Of a DNA stretch of 64,000 nt, positions 55,818 through 64,000 are shown piece after piece. This DNA is from a virus. Where the stretch lies: positions 64,001 through 128,000 of the IMG/VR virus record IMGVR_UViG_3300016457_000282. One strand, written 5' to 3'. The notes below the pieces were generated by a model. That model was not told the origin of the DNA and ran no database searches. It saw nothing but the letters and a program-made list of their open reading frames with translations. Both the position numbers and the translations under genes were made by a program. The first letter of the stretch is position 1. Each line of letters starts with the position of its first letter.

Positions 55818-56564
55818 TTAAACTCGACGCCTTTCATAGGCGTCATCTTCTTCACTAATCAATGCCCCGTCTTTATTGTAGAGATCAAATCGAGCAACTT
55901 CCGTAGTGTTATCTTCTTTATAAAACACCATTTGATGTCCGTCAAGCACCCAACGACCACCTTCAATGTCCTTAATAAAAGACACATCTAACTGAATAGT
56001 GGGAATCTTATCCGTTTGCTCTTTTACTGAGTCTATCTGGTCAGAAAGGGTTTTGAGAGAGTCGCTGTCAACACCTCTTATGTTCGCTTCAGCTTGATCC
56101 AACTCAGTTTTGGTTGCGTGACTTTGAACTTCCTCACCAAATGATCCAGAAGTAGTATGATCAGAGGTTGTCTCATCCCATACAACATCGGCAATCTCAT
56201 CTGCTGTAGGAATGGCATCAACAGACTCTTGGGAAGCCCTGGAGCTGATAGTTATATCTATCTTAGGTTCTACCATATTACGGTGGTTTTGAATCTCGTC
56301 AGCAGTATCATCCATCCACCCGCTTAACACTATCTTCCCATACTTGCTATATTCTCCATTGTTCATTACCCACAAGTATTCTTCTTTCTGCGAAATCGTC
56401 TGACTAAAAAGATACTTAAATATCCCTGTTTCTGCCACTTCAGAGCAAGAAGCACCATCCACCACCTTCGTATTGTCTGACAACCTGTACACATTAATCG
56501 TTACAGTATCTCCGCTATTAAATAACGCTAAAATGTTTGTGGACTCTGATTTGGCATACCTCAT
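55818..56564 (-). CDS. Putative virion protein
   Basis: IAD.VWDE....H...GSFG repeat; G.W......M..Y..D....F.L tail. Confidence 0.65.
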   Translation of the reverse strand: MRYAKSESTNILALFNSGDTVTINVYRLSDNTKVVDGASCSEVAETGIFKYLFSQTISQKEEYLWVMNNGEYSKYGKIVLSGWMDDTADEIQNHRNMVEPKIDITISSRASQESVDAIPTADEIADVVWDETTSDHTTSGSFGEEVQSHATKTELDQAEANIRGVDSDSLKTLSDQIDSVKEQTDKIPTIQLDVSFIKDIEGGRWVLDGHQMVFYKEDNTTEVARFDLYNKDGALISEEDDAYERRRV

Positions 56565-57700
56565 ACTAAGGCCTCTTGGTCAACATTAATATTCTCTTTC
56601 TTAAGAACTACTGGAAAGTCCGCCAGTTTTTTAGTTAGTTCGATCTTTGTTTCATACTTTTGGTACCCTTGTTTTGTAACAACAAGGGTATGAGGAGTTG
56701 ATGGATACTCAATACAATTACTACTGTCGTCGAGAGCATAATATCCCCAGTCGAGGACTTGAATGGGACTCCTTCCTGACTCATCTGACGTTTCAGAATA
56801 AACAGTATTACCGTTATTATCTTTCAAAATAACCGATGCGTTTGATATGGGATTATTTCTTTCATCTTGAACTCTAACGTTAAAAGAATACTGCCGCCAA
56901 AGTTTATTAAGACCTTCATATGCGGTTCCCTCAAGAACGGCCATATTCCAATCAACATCCCAATCAATCGCAAAAGATTCACTTCTAGCAAACCTGCACA
57001 AAACAAGAGCATTCCTGATATTTCTCCCAACAAGATTTTTGATAGCAAATCCAGCGTACATAAAAATAATAGCTGTATATGAACAATTAACAACAGTGAT
57101 TTTTTCCATATTTCCAGAGCCAACACTAAAATACAAAAAAGGTGAAACAAAGCTATCTTGGGGAAAATTACCAAGTTCCACATTGTATATATCTAAATTT
57201 GCAGCACTCCCTCTTAATACAAAAAGATGCAATTCACTATTCCAAATCTTTCCGATACAGTTATCAACTGCCAAGATACTATAGTTATCAGCATTTCTTG
57301 AAACAACTTTTATATCAAGCAAATCAATTTCTTGAATATTACCATCAATAAAATAATTTCCATAACACTCTATATAGCATCCATTCTTTGCAGTTTTTTC
57401 TTATTCATTTTCAATTTCTCCCAAAATTAAATGCCCCGTCCGAACAGAATTTTTAAAAGCACAATCAGCAAAGAAAAATAGTTGTTTATTCTTATCAACC
57501 AGCCAAGCATCATGGTCACTATCACCAAGCTGGATAATAGCATGTATGAAATATGCAGTCTCCTTCTTTTCTACAACTCCCCATCCATTTGACACGTCAG
57601 TTTGATAAATATCTTCAAAAGTACAAGGACTTTCCAGTGTAAAATCCGTAATGATAATTGTACTGTTTTCTGAATCATATGTTATCGACATAAGAACCAC
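56561..57700 (-). pseudogene. Probably one tail-associated beta-rich gene split into 57401-57700 and 56561-57322
   Basis: AT-rich, beta-strand pattern continuous across the gap; C-terminal V.D....PI..A.V. Confidence 0.5.
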
Positions 57701-57827
57701 CTTCCTAACAGATGTAGACTACCACTGTTACGCCCTCAGCTCTTCATCAGTAGGTACACCCTCCAATTTTTCAATAGGTCAGCTATAGTTAGCCTAGACC
57801 ACTATAGAAAATTAATAAGCCATCCCG

Positions 57828-57995
57828 TCATCGTCTAAAATTAAAATCCTCTTTTCTCCGAAGACTTTTGATGAAACGTTTCCACTTAGGCTTAGAACTT
57901 GGATAACTTCCTACGTGATACTCAAACGGCGCTACCAATCTCCAACGTCTAGTACTTATAGGTTCTACTATCAAAGGTGTTGTGAACGGACTCAT
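57828..57995 (-). pseudogene. Truncated DUF1353-like gene
   Basis: MS.FT.PL.V......W.L...F.Y..G, then an abrupt end. Confidence 0.5.
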
Positions 57996-58018
57996 GTTAA
58001 CACCTGAGGATGAATCCC

Positions 58019-58320
58019 TTAGATTAAAGCACGTACTCCAACGAAGTAGCAACCTTCCTCAGATAGTGTAATTGTATACTGTGCCTCAGAAATGAGATCT
58101 GTAGTCACTTCTTGAACTTGGACATCAGAGGCATCTCGCTTGACGTAAACACGATACTTAAGTGAATTGTCCCTGGGGACAGGATTACCGTTTGCTAGAA
58201 TTGTAGGTCCCATGTAACTGTAACTTGATTAACTACGTGCCAATTTACTTGTTGAGCAAGCACAATCACTGAGAAAAGAAAGGCACCAATTAAGATTGAA
58301 AGAGAGGTTGTCTTTTTTCG
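58019..58320 (-). pseudogene. Frameshifted FN3-like secreted protein, related to 63227-63703
   Basis: G.P.P....LKYRVY..R ... I.E.Q.T ... GVRA shared. Confidence 0.6.
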
Positions 58321-58341
58321 TCAAACCTCCTAAGTCCTTCC

Positions 58342-58665
58342 CTAATCACGAATATAAAGCACAAACTCACCCCACACAATACCATGTGGGTGAGATGGGT
58401 CGTAAACGATTAATCGAGCAATAAATCTACCCGTTGGCAACGTACCAGTGTACCTATTTAGGTCAATCACAACCCTTCCCCTTTCCAGTGAACCCGCCCA
58501 CTGTATCAGTCCGGGATAATCTTCAGTTGAAAGAGTAGTAACCCCCTTGATCTCCAGTTCCATCTTCGTAACTGGGGAAAGGTCAACAACTGAGTTATTA
58601 GACTTCAGAAGCAAATCTATGCTATTGTCATGCCCTAAGTAGAAGACTTCGACTATCATCTTCAA
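58342..58665 (-). CDS. Putative baseplate/tail-associated protein
   Basis: DLS.VT.M.L ... L.VYD...P.G.VW. Confidence 0.6.
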   Translation of the reverse strand: MKMIVEVFYLGHDNSIDLLLKSNNSVVDLSPVTKMELEIKGVTTLSTEDYPGLIQWAGSLERGRVVIDLNRYTGTLPTGRFIARLIVYDPSHPHGIVWGEFVLYIRD

Positions 58666-58713
58666 AAAGTCTCGTATCGCAAATTAATTTAAAAAATGTG
58701 AAAGCGCGTACTA

Positions 58714-59520
58714 TTAGTCCATACTTATGTTGAAATCTCCAGCGGGGAACCGGTAAGTATCTCCATCGCCGACTTCCTGATCTGTTACTCCGTTATCGTA
58801 GAACAACACGTTACCTGCACTCGAAGCGTCTACCAAGGCAGTGGCTACTATAGTACCCCAAGAACCCCCTGAAGCAGGGCCCACATCAATGTTATCCGCG
58901 TTCTCAATAGCCCCATTCGAAACTGTTCCCCAAGCAGGAGAGCTACCTCCATTGGGATTCACTAACACTCTAGAGTAGCCATTTCCTGGCGGTTCAGAAA
59001 TAGTTGACCCTGTGTCACTATCACTAATAGTAGCAGTAGTTAGAGCTACGTAAGTAGAAGGCGGTGTGTAGGTTTGGTTACGAAATACAAAATCAAGTAA
59101 TGCGTTGGCAAGGTAGCTGGAAATGTACCCTGCAGTGAATTCTATATACACTTCACCTGACGCTATCGAAGGAGTGTTGCCTTCATAAACTGTCTTAGCA
59201 GACGCCAATTCGCCATACGCTAACATATTACCACCTGTACTAGCATCAAAAAGAGCCCAGTGAGTAATAGTACCCCAATCAGCGGTGGCCTGAGGAAACT
59301 CAACATCCGTGTTTTGAACCACTCTCCTATTAGAAGCTGCTCCAAATGTAATAGGTTGCCTAGCATAACCACCTCCAGATGGTTCACTCACTCCAGAACC
59401 ATCATCTTGAGGATCTGCAGTAGACAAAGCTATGTAAATAGTAGTAGGTGGTGTGTACGTATTCTGATTAAGAACATGATCTAGTAATGCATTCTCTAAA
59501 TAATTTGATAGTGATCCCAT
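58714..59520 (-). CDS. Phage tail protein with tandemly duplicated domain
   Basis: Two copies of S.YL.NALLD.V.....Y.AL.T...E..G.GY.R ... WGTI....L.DA...GN.L. Confidence 0.8.
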   Translation of the reverse strand: MGSLSNYLENALLDHVLNQNTYTPPTTIYIALSTADPQDDGSGVSEPSGGGYARQPITFGAASNRRVVQNTDVEFPQATADWGTITHWALFDASTGGNMLAYGELASAKTVYEGNTPSIASGEVYIEFTAGYISSYLANALLDFVFRNQTYTPPSTYVALTTATISDSDTGSTISEPPGNGYSRVLVNPNGGSSPAWGTVSNGAIENADNIDVGPASGGSWGTIVATALVDASSAGNVLFYDNGVTDQEVGDGDTYRFPAGDFNISMD

Positions 59521-59522
59521 TT

Positions 59523-62174
59523 TTAAACCTCCTCTATGGTTCGCCTCGGCGTAAGCGATTCTATAGTTGTGTCTACAATCAAACCTAACATGGTAGTGAT
59601 CAACTCAACCGCTCCAGTTAAGGTCGTACTATCTACTCCCAAAGATGTCGATCTTAGTACCCTGAGCAACACATCCGCAGTAATGGTGTTAGAGGTAATA
59701 TCTATAGCAAGTGCCTTTAGAATCGCGAGAGCTGCTTGAGCAACCTGAGCAGTGACTACAATCTCTACTTGCCCAACTTTAACGATTATTAGCCCGACGC
59801 TGTTCGACGACGTAACAGCGGCCTGAATAGCAGAAGTAACAGAGCGAATCAGCTCGAGTACCACAGCGTGCGAAGCGGTTTGAGTTTGAACTTCAGTTGA
59901 AATCAGTCTTAATATCGAGAACTTCGCATTACCAGTAAGAACTTGTGAAACAACATCAGCGGCTGCTTTTATGAGCGCGGCAATAGAAAGTTCAACAGAA
60001 TCTGAAGAGGTAGTCTTAACTTCGGTTAGTGTTAACAACTCGCGTAGTACATTCGAACTAACTTCACTGGTAGTAACAGTAGTTACAACGTTGGCCGCAG
60101 CAATAAGCACTTCGACTAACAACAAGACAACGTCATCAGCAGCCAGTGTTTGGACTGAGGTAGCACTCGAAACAGGTCTTAGCACTCGTAGCGGAGCTGT
60201 TGAACCACTTGCTTGACTTAAAATATTAACGAGCACTTCTCTCAATAACTCAAGAGGTACATCGCCCGTGCCAGTAGTCGTTTGAATATGTGATACGAGA
60301 GCTCGTTTTATTGCCAGAGAAGTAGTTGAAGGTATAACTAGCGCAAGAATGTTTGAGACTGCTGTGATCAACTGCGCTAGGAGAAGTTCGGCGTCGTCGG
60401 GAGTTGACGATTGTGCGGTGATCGAGTTTAAAGCAATCCGTAGAACGTTCAATGTCGTAGGTGACGTAACAGTGTGACTCAAAACGTAGGTAAACACCCT
60501 TTTCAGTAGTCGAAGTACTACACTGTTGGAGTCCGTCAACACAGAAGCGCTCGTTACAAGTGACCGGAGTACCAAGAGACGTGGCGTGTTAGTACTTGTT
60601 CCAGTGACAATGTTCGCGATCGCTGTAAACAGCTCGGCCAGCGAAAGTATGACTTCGTCAGAGGCGTCGGATTGCAAGGGTATATTTGCCAGCAACTCCC
60701 TAACTACGTGTAAGTGAATCAGAGCTGATGTAAAAGACTGCGCTTGTAGCGAGCTTGTGAGATTCCTCAAAACTCTGAGGGCAGTAGTGCTTGCGTACGA
60801 CTGAATTGGCTCAGAACTAGTTACACGGCGTAGTACTGAGAGAGCACCACTCGGAGTAAACGTACCAACCTGAGATTGTGTTAAAGCGTTCCTCAGTATA
60901 TCTAAATGAAAGATGCTAGAGTCAGAGACTGGGAGTACGTTACTTAACAGCGACCGTAAGATGACTAAATCCGAATCGGCAGTAGTTGATTGACTACTTA
61001 CACCGACCATCGCTAGTTTAGTTAAAGAGAGGATAATCTCGTCAGTAGAGGAACTAGGTTGAATGTTTGAAGTAAGGGTAAGGAGCAGTCCTAAGTGGGA
61101 AAGAGAAGTAGTGCTTAGAGAACTGAGGGAAGCTGATATACTCCTGAGTACGCTAAACGACGTGGCCGGAGTGAGAGACGCTAATAGTATATCAGCTATA
61201 GCTGTAAGTACTCCTCCACCTCCGCTCACATATTCATCCACTCCAATATCCCAAGGAGCAGAGCGAGTTTCACCATCGATGTCGTCAGTGAAAGCTAAAT
61301 AAGGATCAGATGAAAGGTCTGTACCTGCGTCTCTAGCTACTGTATCAGAAGCATCAAGGTGAAAGTCGCCATTAGCTGCGTCTACAAAAGTGACCGTAGC
61401 ATTATGGATTGAATTTGGTCCTGGAGCTGTATCATCTGACGAGATGTTGAAATCTGAATCAGAGTCGAAAACTCCAACAAAACAAGTAGTACAGTCAACA
61501 ATGTTGTTGATAGCTCTGCAATACCCTGATGATCCACCATCTACACCAGTACCACAGTTGATAATAGTATTGTTGTATAAGTAGTAATAGTCGTTTCCAC
61601 GAATGGCATATTGAGGTATGTCATAAAAAAGATTATTGACCAAATAAATTTGTACAGCAGAATTATCACAACTAATTCCAGTATTTACTGTTCCACCAGC
61701 ATTCTCTCTACAGAGGATACATTTTTCGACCCGCAGATAACGGCTTGTGTAATATGTATGTATCAACAACTGAGACCCTGTCGATCTCGTTCCTTTCATC
61801 TGTAAGCCAATAAGTCTCACATACTCTTCTTGTATGTCAAAAATAGTTCCTTCGGAGAGCACAAGCCTGTACTTTGTGTCATCCCATTTCCCTGGGTGTC
61901 TGTACCCCTGATCTGGATCGGTCCAAATCCTAATGTAGTGATCCGAGTCTACAGAAGTCCATCCATCAATAGTAACTGCACTATCATCCTCATCCCCAGT
62001 TGAACACCTACAATCAGCAACAGCGATCAAGTCCGCTCCCACAAGGTCACCGTCTCCAGACATAGAAGGGTAGTTCGACTGGGTACAGCTCCCGAAGTCT
62101 GCTTCCCAAGCAGCTAGAGATGAGTAATCTCCACTTCCTCCTGTATCGACTATCTTTACAACTTCAGTTGCCAT
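59523..62174 (-). CDS. Tail fibre/spike-like protein: beta-helix head plus Ser/Thr/Leu-rich repeat shaft
   Basis: DYSSL..WE, NN..Y/YNNT coils, D.HL, DIDG..R...WDIG.DE, then periodic repeats. Confidence 0.75.
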   Translation of the reverse strand: MATEVVKIVDTGGSGDYSSLAAWEADFGSCTQSNYPSMSGDGDLVGADLIAVADCRCSTGDEDDSAVTIDGWTSVDSDHYIRIWTDPDQGYRHPGKWDDTKYRLVLSEGTIFDIQEEYVRLIGLQMKGTRSTGSQLLIHTYYTSRYLRVEKCILCRENAGGTVNTGISCDNSAVQIYLVNNLFYDIPQYAIRGNDYYYLYNNTIINCGTGVDGGSSGYCRAINNIVDCTTCFVGVFDSDSDFNISSDDTAPGPNSIHNATVTFVDAANGDFHLDASDTVARDAGTDLSSDPYLAFTDDIDGETRSAPWDIGVDEYVSGGGGVLTAIADILLASLTPATSFSVLRSISASLSSLSTTSLSHLGLLLTLTSNIQPSSSTDEIILSLTKLAMVGVSSQSTTADSDLVILRSLLSNVLPVSDSSIFHLDILRNALTQSQVGTFTPSGALSVLRRVTSSEPIQSYASTTALRVLRNLTSSLQAQSFTSALIHLHVVRELLANIPLQSDASDEVILSLAELFTAIANIVTGTSTNTPRLLVLRSLVTSASVLTDSNSVVLRLLKRVFTYVLSHTVTSPTTLNVLRIALNSITAQSSTPDDAELLLAQLITAVSNILALVIPSTTSLAIKRALVSHIQTTTGTGDVPLELLREVLVNILSQASGSTAPLRVLRPVSSATSVQTLAADDVVLLLVEVLIAAANVVTTVTTSEVSSNVLRELLTLTEVKTTSSDSVELSIAALIKAAADVVSQVLTGNAKFSILRLISTEVQTQTASHAVVLELIRSVTSAIQAAVTSSNSVGLIIVKVGQVEIVVTAQVAQAALAILKALAIDITSNTITADVLLRVLRSTSLGVDSTTLTGAVELITTMLGLIVDTTIESLTPRRTIEEV

Positions 62175-62175
62175 T

Positions 62176-62718
62176 TTACTTAGCCAGCTTCGCTAAGGTT
62201 GCTGATATTTTCTGAGGTTTGTCTGTTACGCTGATTTTGTCACTGGTTACTTCAGCAACTACCTCACTTTGTAGGATGTCCTCAATATCTTCAATGTTGA
62301 TCCTATGTCTGCGCCTGGCCACAACGTGTCTGATAGGTTCTATTCTTGTTACGATTTGGTAACTAGGAGATAAATCGTGGTCTTGTAATCTCTTCAGAAC
62401 AGCATCAGCTAGGGTTTGGCAAGTCTTAGATGCTGTCTCTGCATCAGGACCTTCTGCCATTACTCCTAATTCAGGAGACTCAGCAATGTACCGATTTCCC
62501 AGCACAATTTCATCTTCCTTTGTCAAAAACTTTAATTCATCGACTTCTTTGTCAGGCACACACAGAATGTAGAACTTATTCTTGTTCAACTCTTCTTTCC
62601 CCCATTTCCATCCATCTGGCTTCACAACTACAACGTCACCCTTTTTGTAGCATCCGCGTAAATCTTTTATTGGATCGGGGTTTGTCGTATCACTAGACTT
62701 GACTAATAGTTCGGCCAT
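62176..62718 (-). CDS. Hypothetical virion-associated protein
   Basis: GD.V.V.PDG..WG..E; GGAGGT RBS. Confidence 0.65.
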   Translation of the reverse strand: MAELLVKSSDTTNPDPIKDLRGCYKKGDVVVVKPDGWKWGKEELNKNKFYILCVPDKEVDELKFLTKEDEIVLGNRYIAESPELGVMAEGPDAETASKTCQTLADAVLKRLQDHDLSPSYQIVTRIEPIRHVVARRRHRINIEDIEDILQSEVVAEVTSDKISVTDKPQKISATLAKLAK

Positions 62719-62974
62719 TTTTTCGGACCTCCCAATTGAAGATAATAGCTGTAATACAGTTGTACCCTCGTGTAAAGCTCTGCCGATGATTCAAAGCGGT
62801 CTGACTCACCTAATGAAGTACCCTAAGTGCTGTAGGTCTTACTGGACCGGGTCTGGGAGTGGCGCTAGTACGTGCTACTCCCAGAGCGTGACTAACAAAC
62901 ACGAAAAAAGCACAAGATTAAAGCGATCACCAGCCTCGTAAACACTCTTCTACCCCCTAATGCGAGTTAGTATT

Positions 62975-63190
62975 CTATTGTTGACTCCCTTTCTTAGCAG
63001 AACCTCTTGCCAGAGAGTAGCCAAATGCAGCTGCTACAACTCCCACTACTCCGGCTAGTTGAGTAATCGCTTGAGTTACCACAGAAGCTTGCTCAGGTGT
63101 AAACACACCTAGAGCCGCAAGCAGGGCAATTGCTTTCGCTGTTACAGTTACCCAAAACTCAGTAGTTTTGTATCCTGGTTTAATCTCCAT
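62975..63190 (-). CDS. Holin-like membrane protein
   Basis: KPG.KT.EFW plus two hydrophobic helices and Y...RG..K. Confidence 0.65.
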   Translation of the reverse strand: MEIKPGYKTTEFWVTVTAKAIALLAALGVFTPEQASVVTQAITQLAGVVGVVAAAFGYSLARGSAKKGSQQ

Positions 63191-63226
63191 CTTAACTACC
63201 TCCTGTTTTAGAATTTAGTGTGCTTT

Positions 63227-63703
63227 TTACCATCGATGATGCCAAAGCTGGCCCCATCGAGGTCTTCGCCCCAATATAGTTATCAACTTCGAGGAATAGT
63301 TACGCATCCCGAACGTACGACCATTAGCTGCTACTCTAAGGTCGTACGACCACGCGATAGGTGATTCACTAATTTGAACTCCGTTAGAATCGTAAAGTAC
63401 TGCACGTACACCAATAAAACAAAAGTCAACTTTAGGAGGAGCGAACGTAAATTGAGTCTCTGTAATAGGAGCAGAAGTAATCTCTCGCGGAGGAGACCCA
63501 ACTCTTCGAATGTAAACCCGGTACTTTAAAACAGCATCAGTTGGAATCGGGTCACCTGTAGACAGCACTATAGGAGCGTTCCACGCGACAGTAATTGTAG
63601 AGTCTGAGACGAATTGACGTTTACGCACCCATTGAGCACAAACACTTGTTGTAAAAATCGCCAAGAGCAATATACTAATTGAAAGGACTTTCCTGACCAT
63701 CAC
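63227..63703 (-). CDS. Secreted FN3-like protein
   Basis: Signal peptide, T.AW, YRVY, GVRA, ES. Confidence 0.65.
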   Translation of the reverse strand: MMVRKVLSISILLLAIFTTSVCAQWVRKRQFVSDSTITVAWNAPIVLSTGDPIPTDAVLKYRVYIRRVGSPPREITSAPITETQFTFAPPKVDFCFIGVRAVLYDSNGVQISESPIAWSYDLRVAANGRTFGMRNYSSKLITILGRRPRWGQLWHHRW

Positions 63704-64000
63704 TTATCGATCCACAGTTATCCCCAATAGAATTGTTACAGTACCTCCGGAAGTCCCAGAAGTTTCAACCACCTCAAACTGCAAATACTTCGTCATTGCA
63801 CCCAAATCAACTGGTATAAACAAATGGCCGTCGCTCTCCGGACCAGAAGTAGAAGTAAGCTCAGTCGCAATATCTGGGACTCCTTCGGGGGTTCTGAAAA
63901 ACTGTTCATCGAGACTGCACTTCTCCTTAATAGTGTAAACACCTCCTCCAGTAATCGTCACTTGTAACGAAAAGTACCCTGTAGCGCGTAGTTTATCAAG
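63704..64000 (-). CDS. Putative virion protein, 5' end beyond the window
   Basis: Frame open to the window edge (LDKLRATGYFSLQVTITG). Confidence 0.6.
   Translation of the reverse strand, partial: LDKLRATGYFSLQVTITGGGVYTIKEKCSLDEQFFRTPEGVPDIATELTSTSGPESDGHLFIPVDLGAMTKYLQFEVVETSGTSGGTVTILLGITVDR

Noticed and set aside
1-64000. tRNA/rRNA genes, integrase, terminase, major capsid protein, protelomerase, tnpA
   Set aside because: No supporting motifs recognised by eye; tRNAscan and HMM searches are needed to exclude them

Overview
This window looks like a large tailed phage or plasmid-prophage genome. The host is probably a peptidoglycan-bearing bacterium, judged from GGAGG ribosome-binding sites and a 3D-domain muralytic gene. 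Bases 1-22430 form one perfect palindrome with its axis at 11215/11216 (TCTTA|TAAGA). The axis is flanked by tandem repeats, and the nearest gene is an Hjc-type resolvase. This is either a read-through hairpin telomere or an assembly fold-back, so unique sequence is 11216-64000. Main contents: (i) a stand-alone Cas7/RAMP-like gene (24638-25252) followed by about 1 kb of non-coding DNA with 5-nt NNNGY periodicity, a candidate RNA-guided system of the VIPR type; (ii) a complete IscB/omega-RNA element plus 42-43 bp end-hairpin scars; (iii) a retron-like reverse transcriptase behind a structured leader; (iv) a ParB gene among five CGGGCCATNATGGCCCG palindromes and iteron-like repeats; (v) a nearly GpC-free kilobase at the head of a putative early-gene cluster; (vi) effector genes (two zincins, an ADP-ribosyltransferase, a membrane protein) that share a W-x-T-x(1-2)-G-[KR]-[KR]-I-x-I motif; (vii) accessory metabolic genes pyrE, queD and sqdB, the last with two mini-inteins; (viii) virion/tail-like genes at the right end. 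All calls come from reading motifs by eye; no database search was run.
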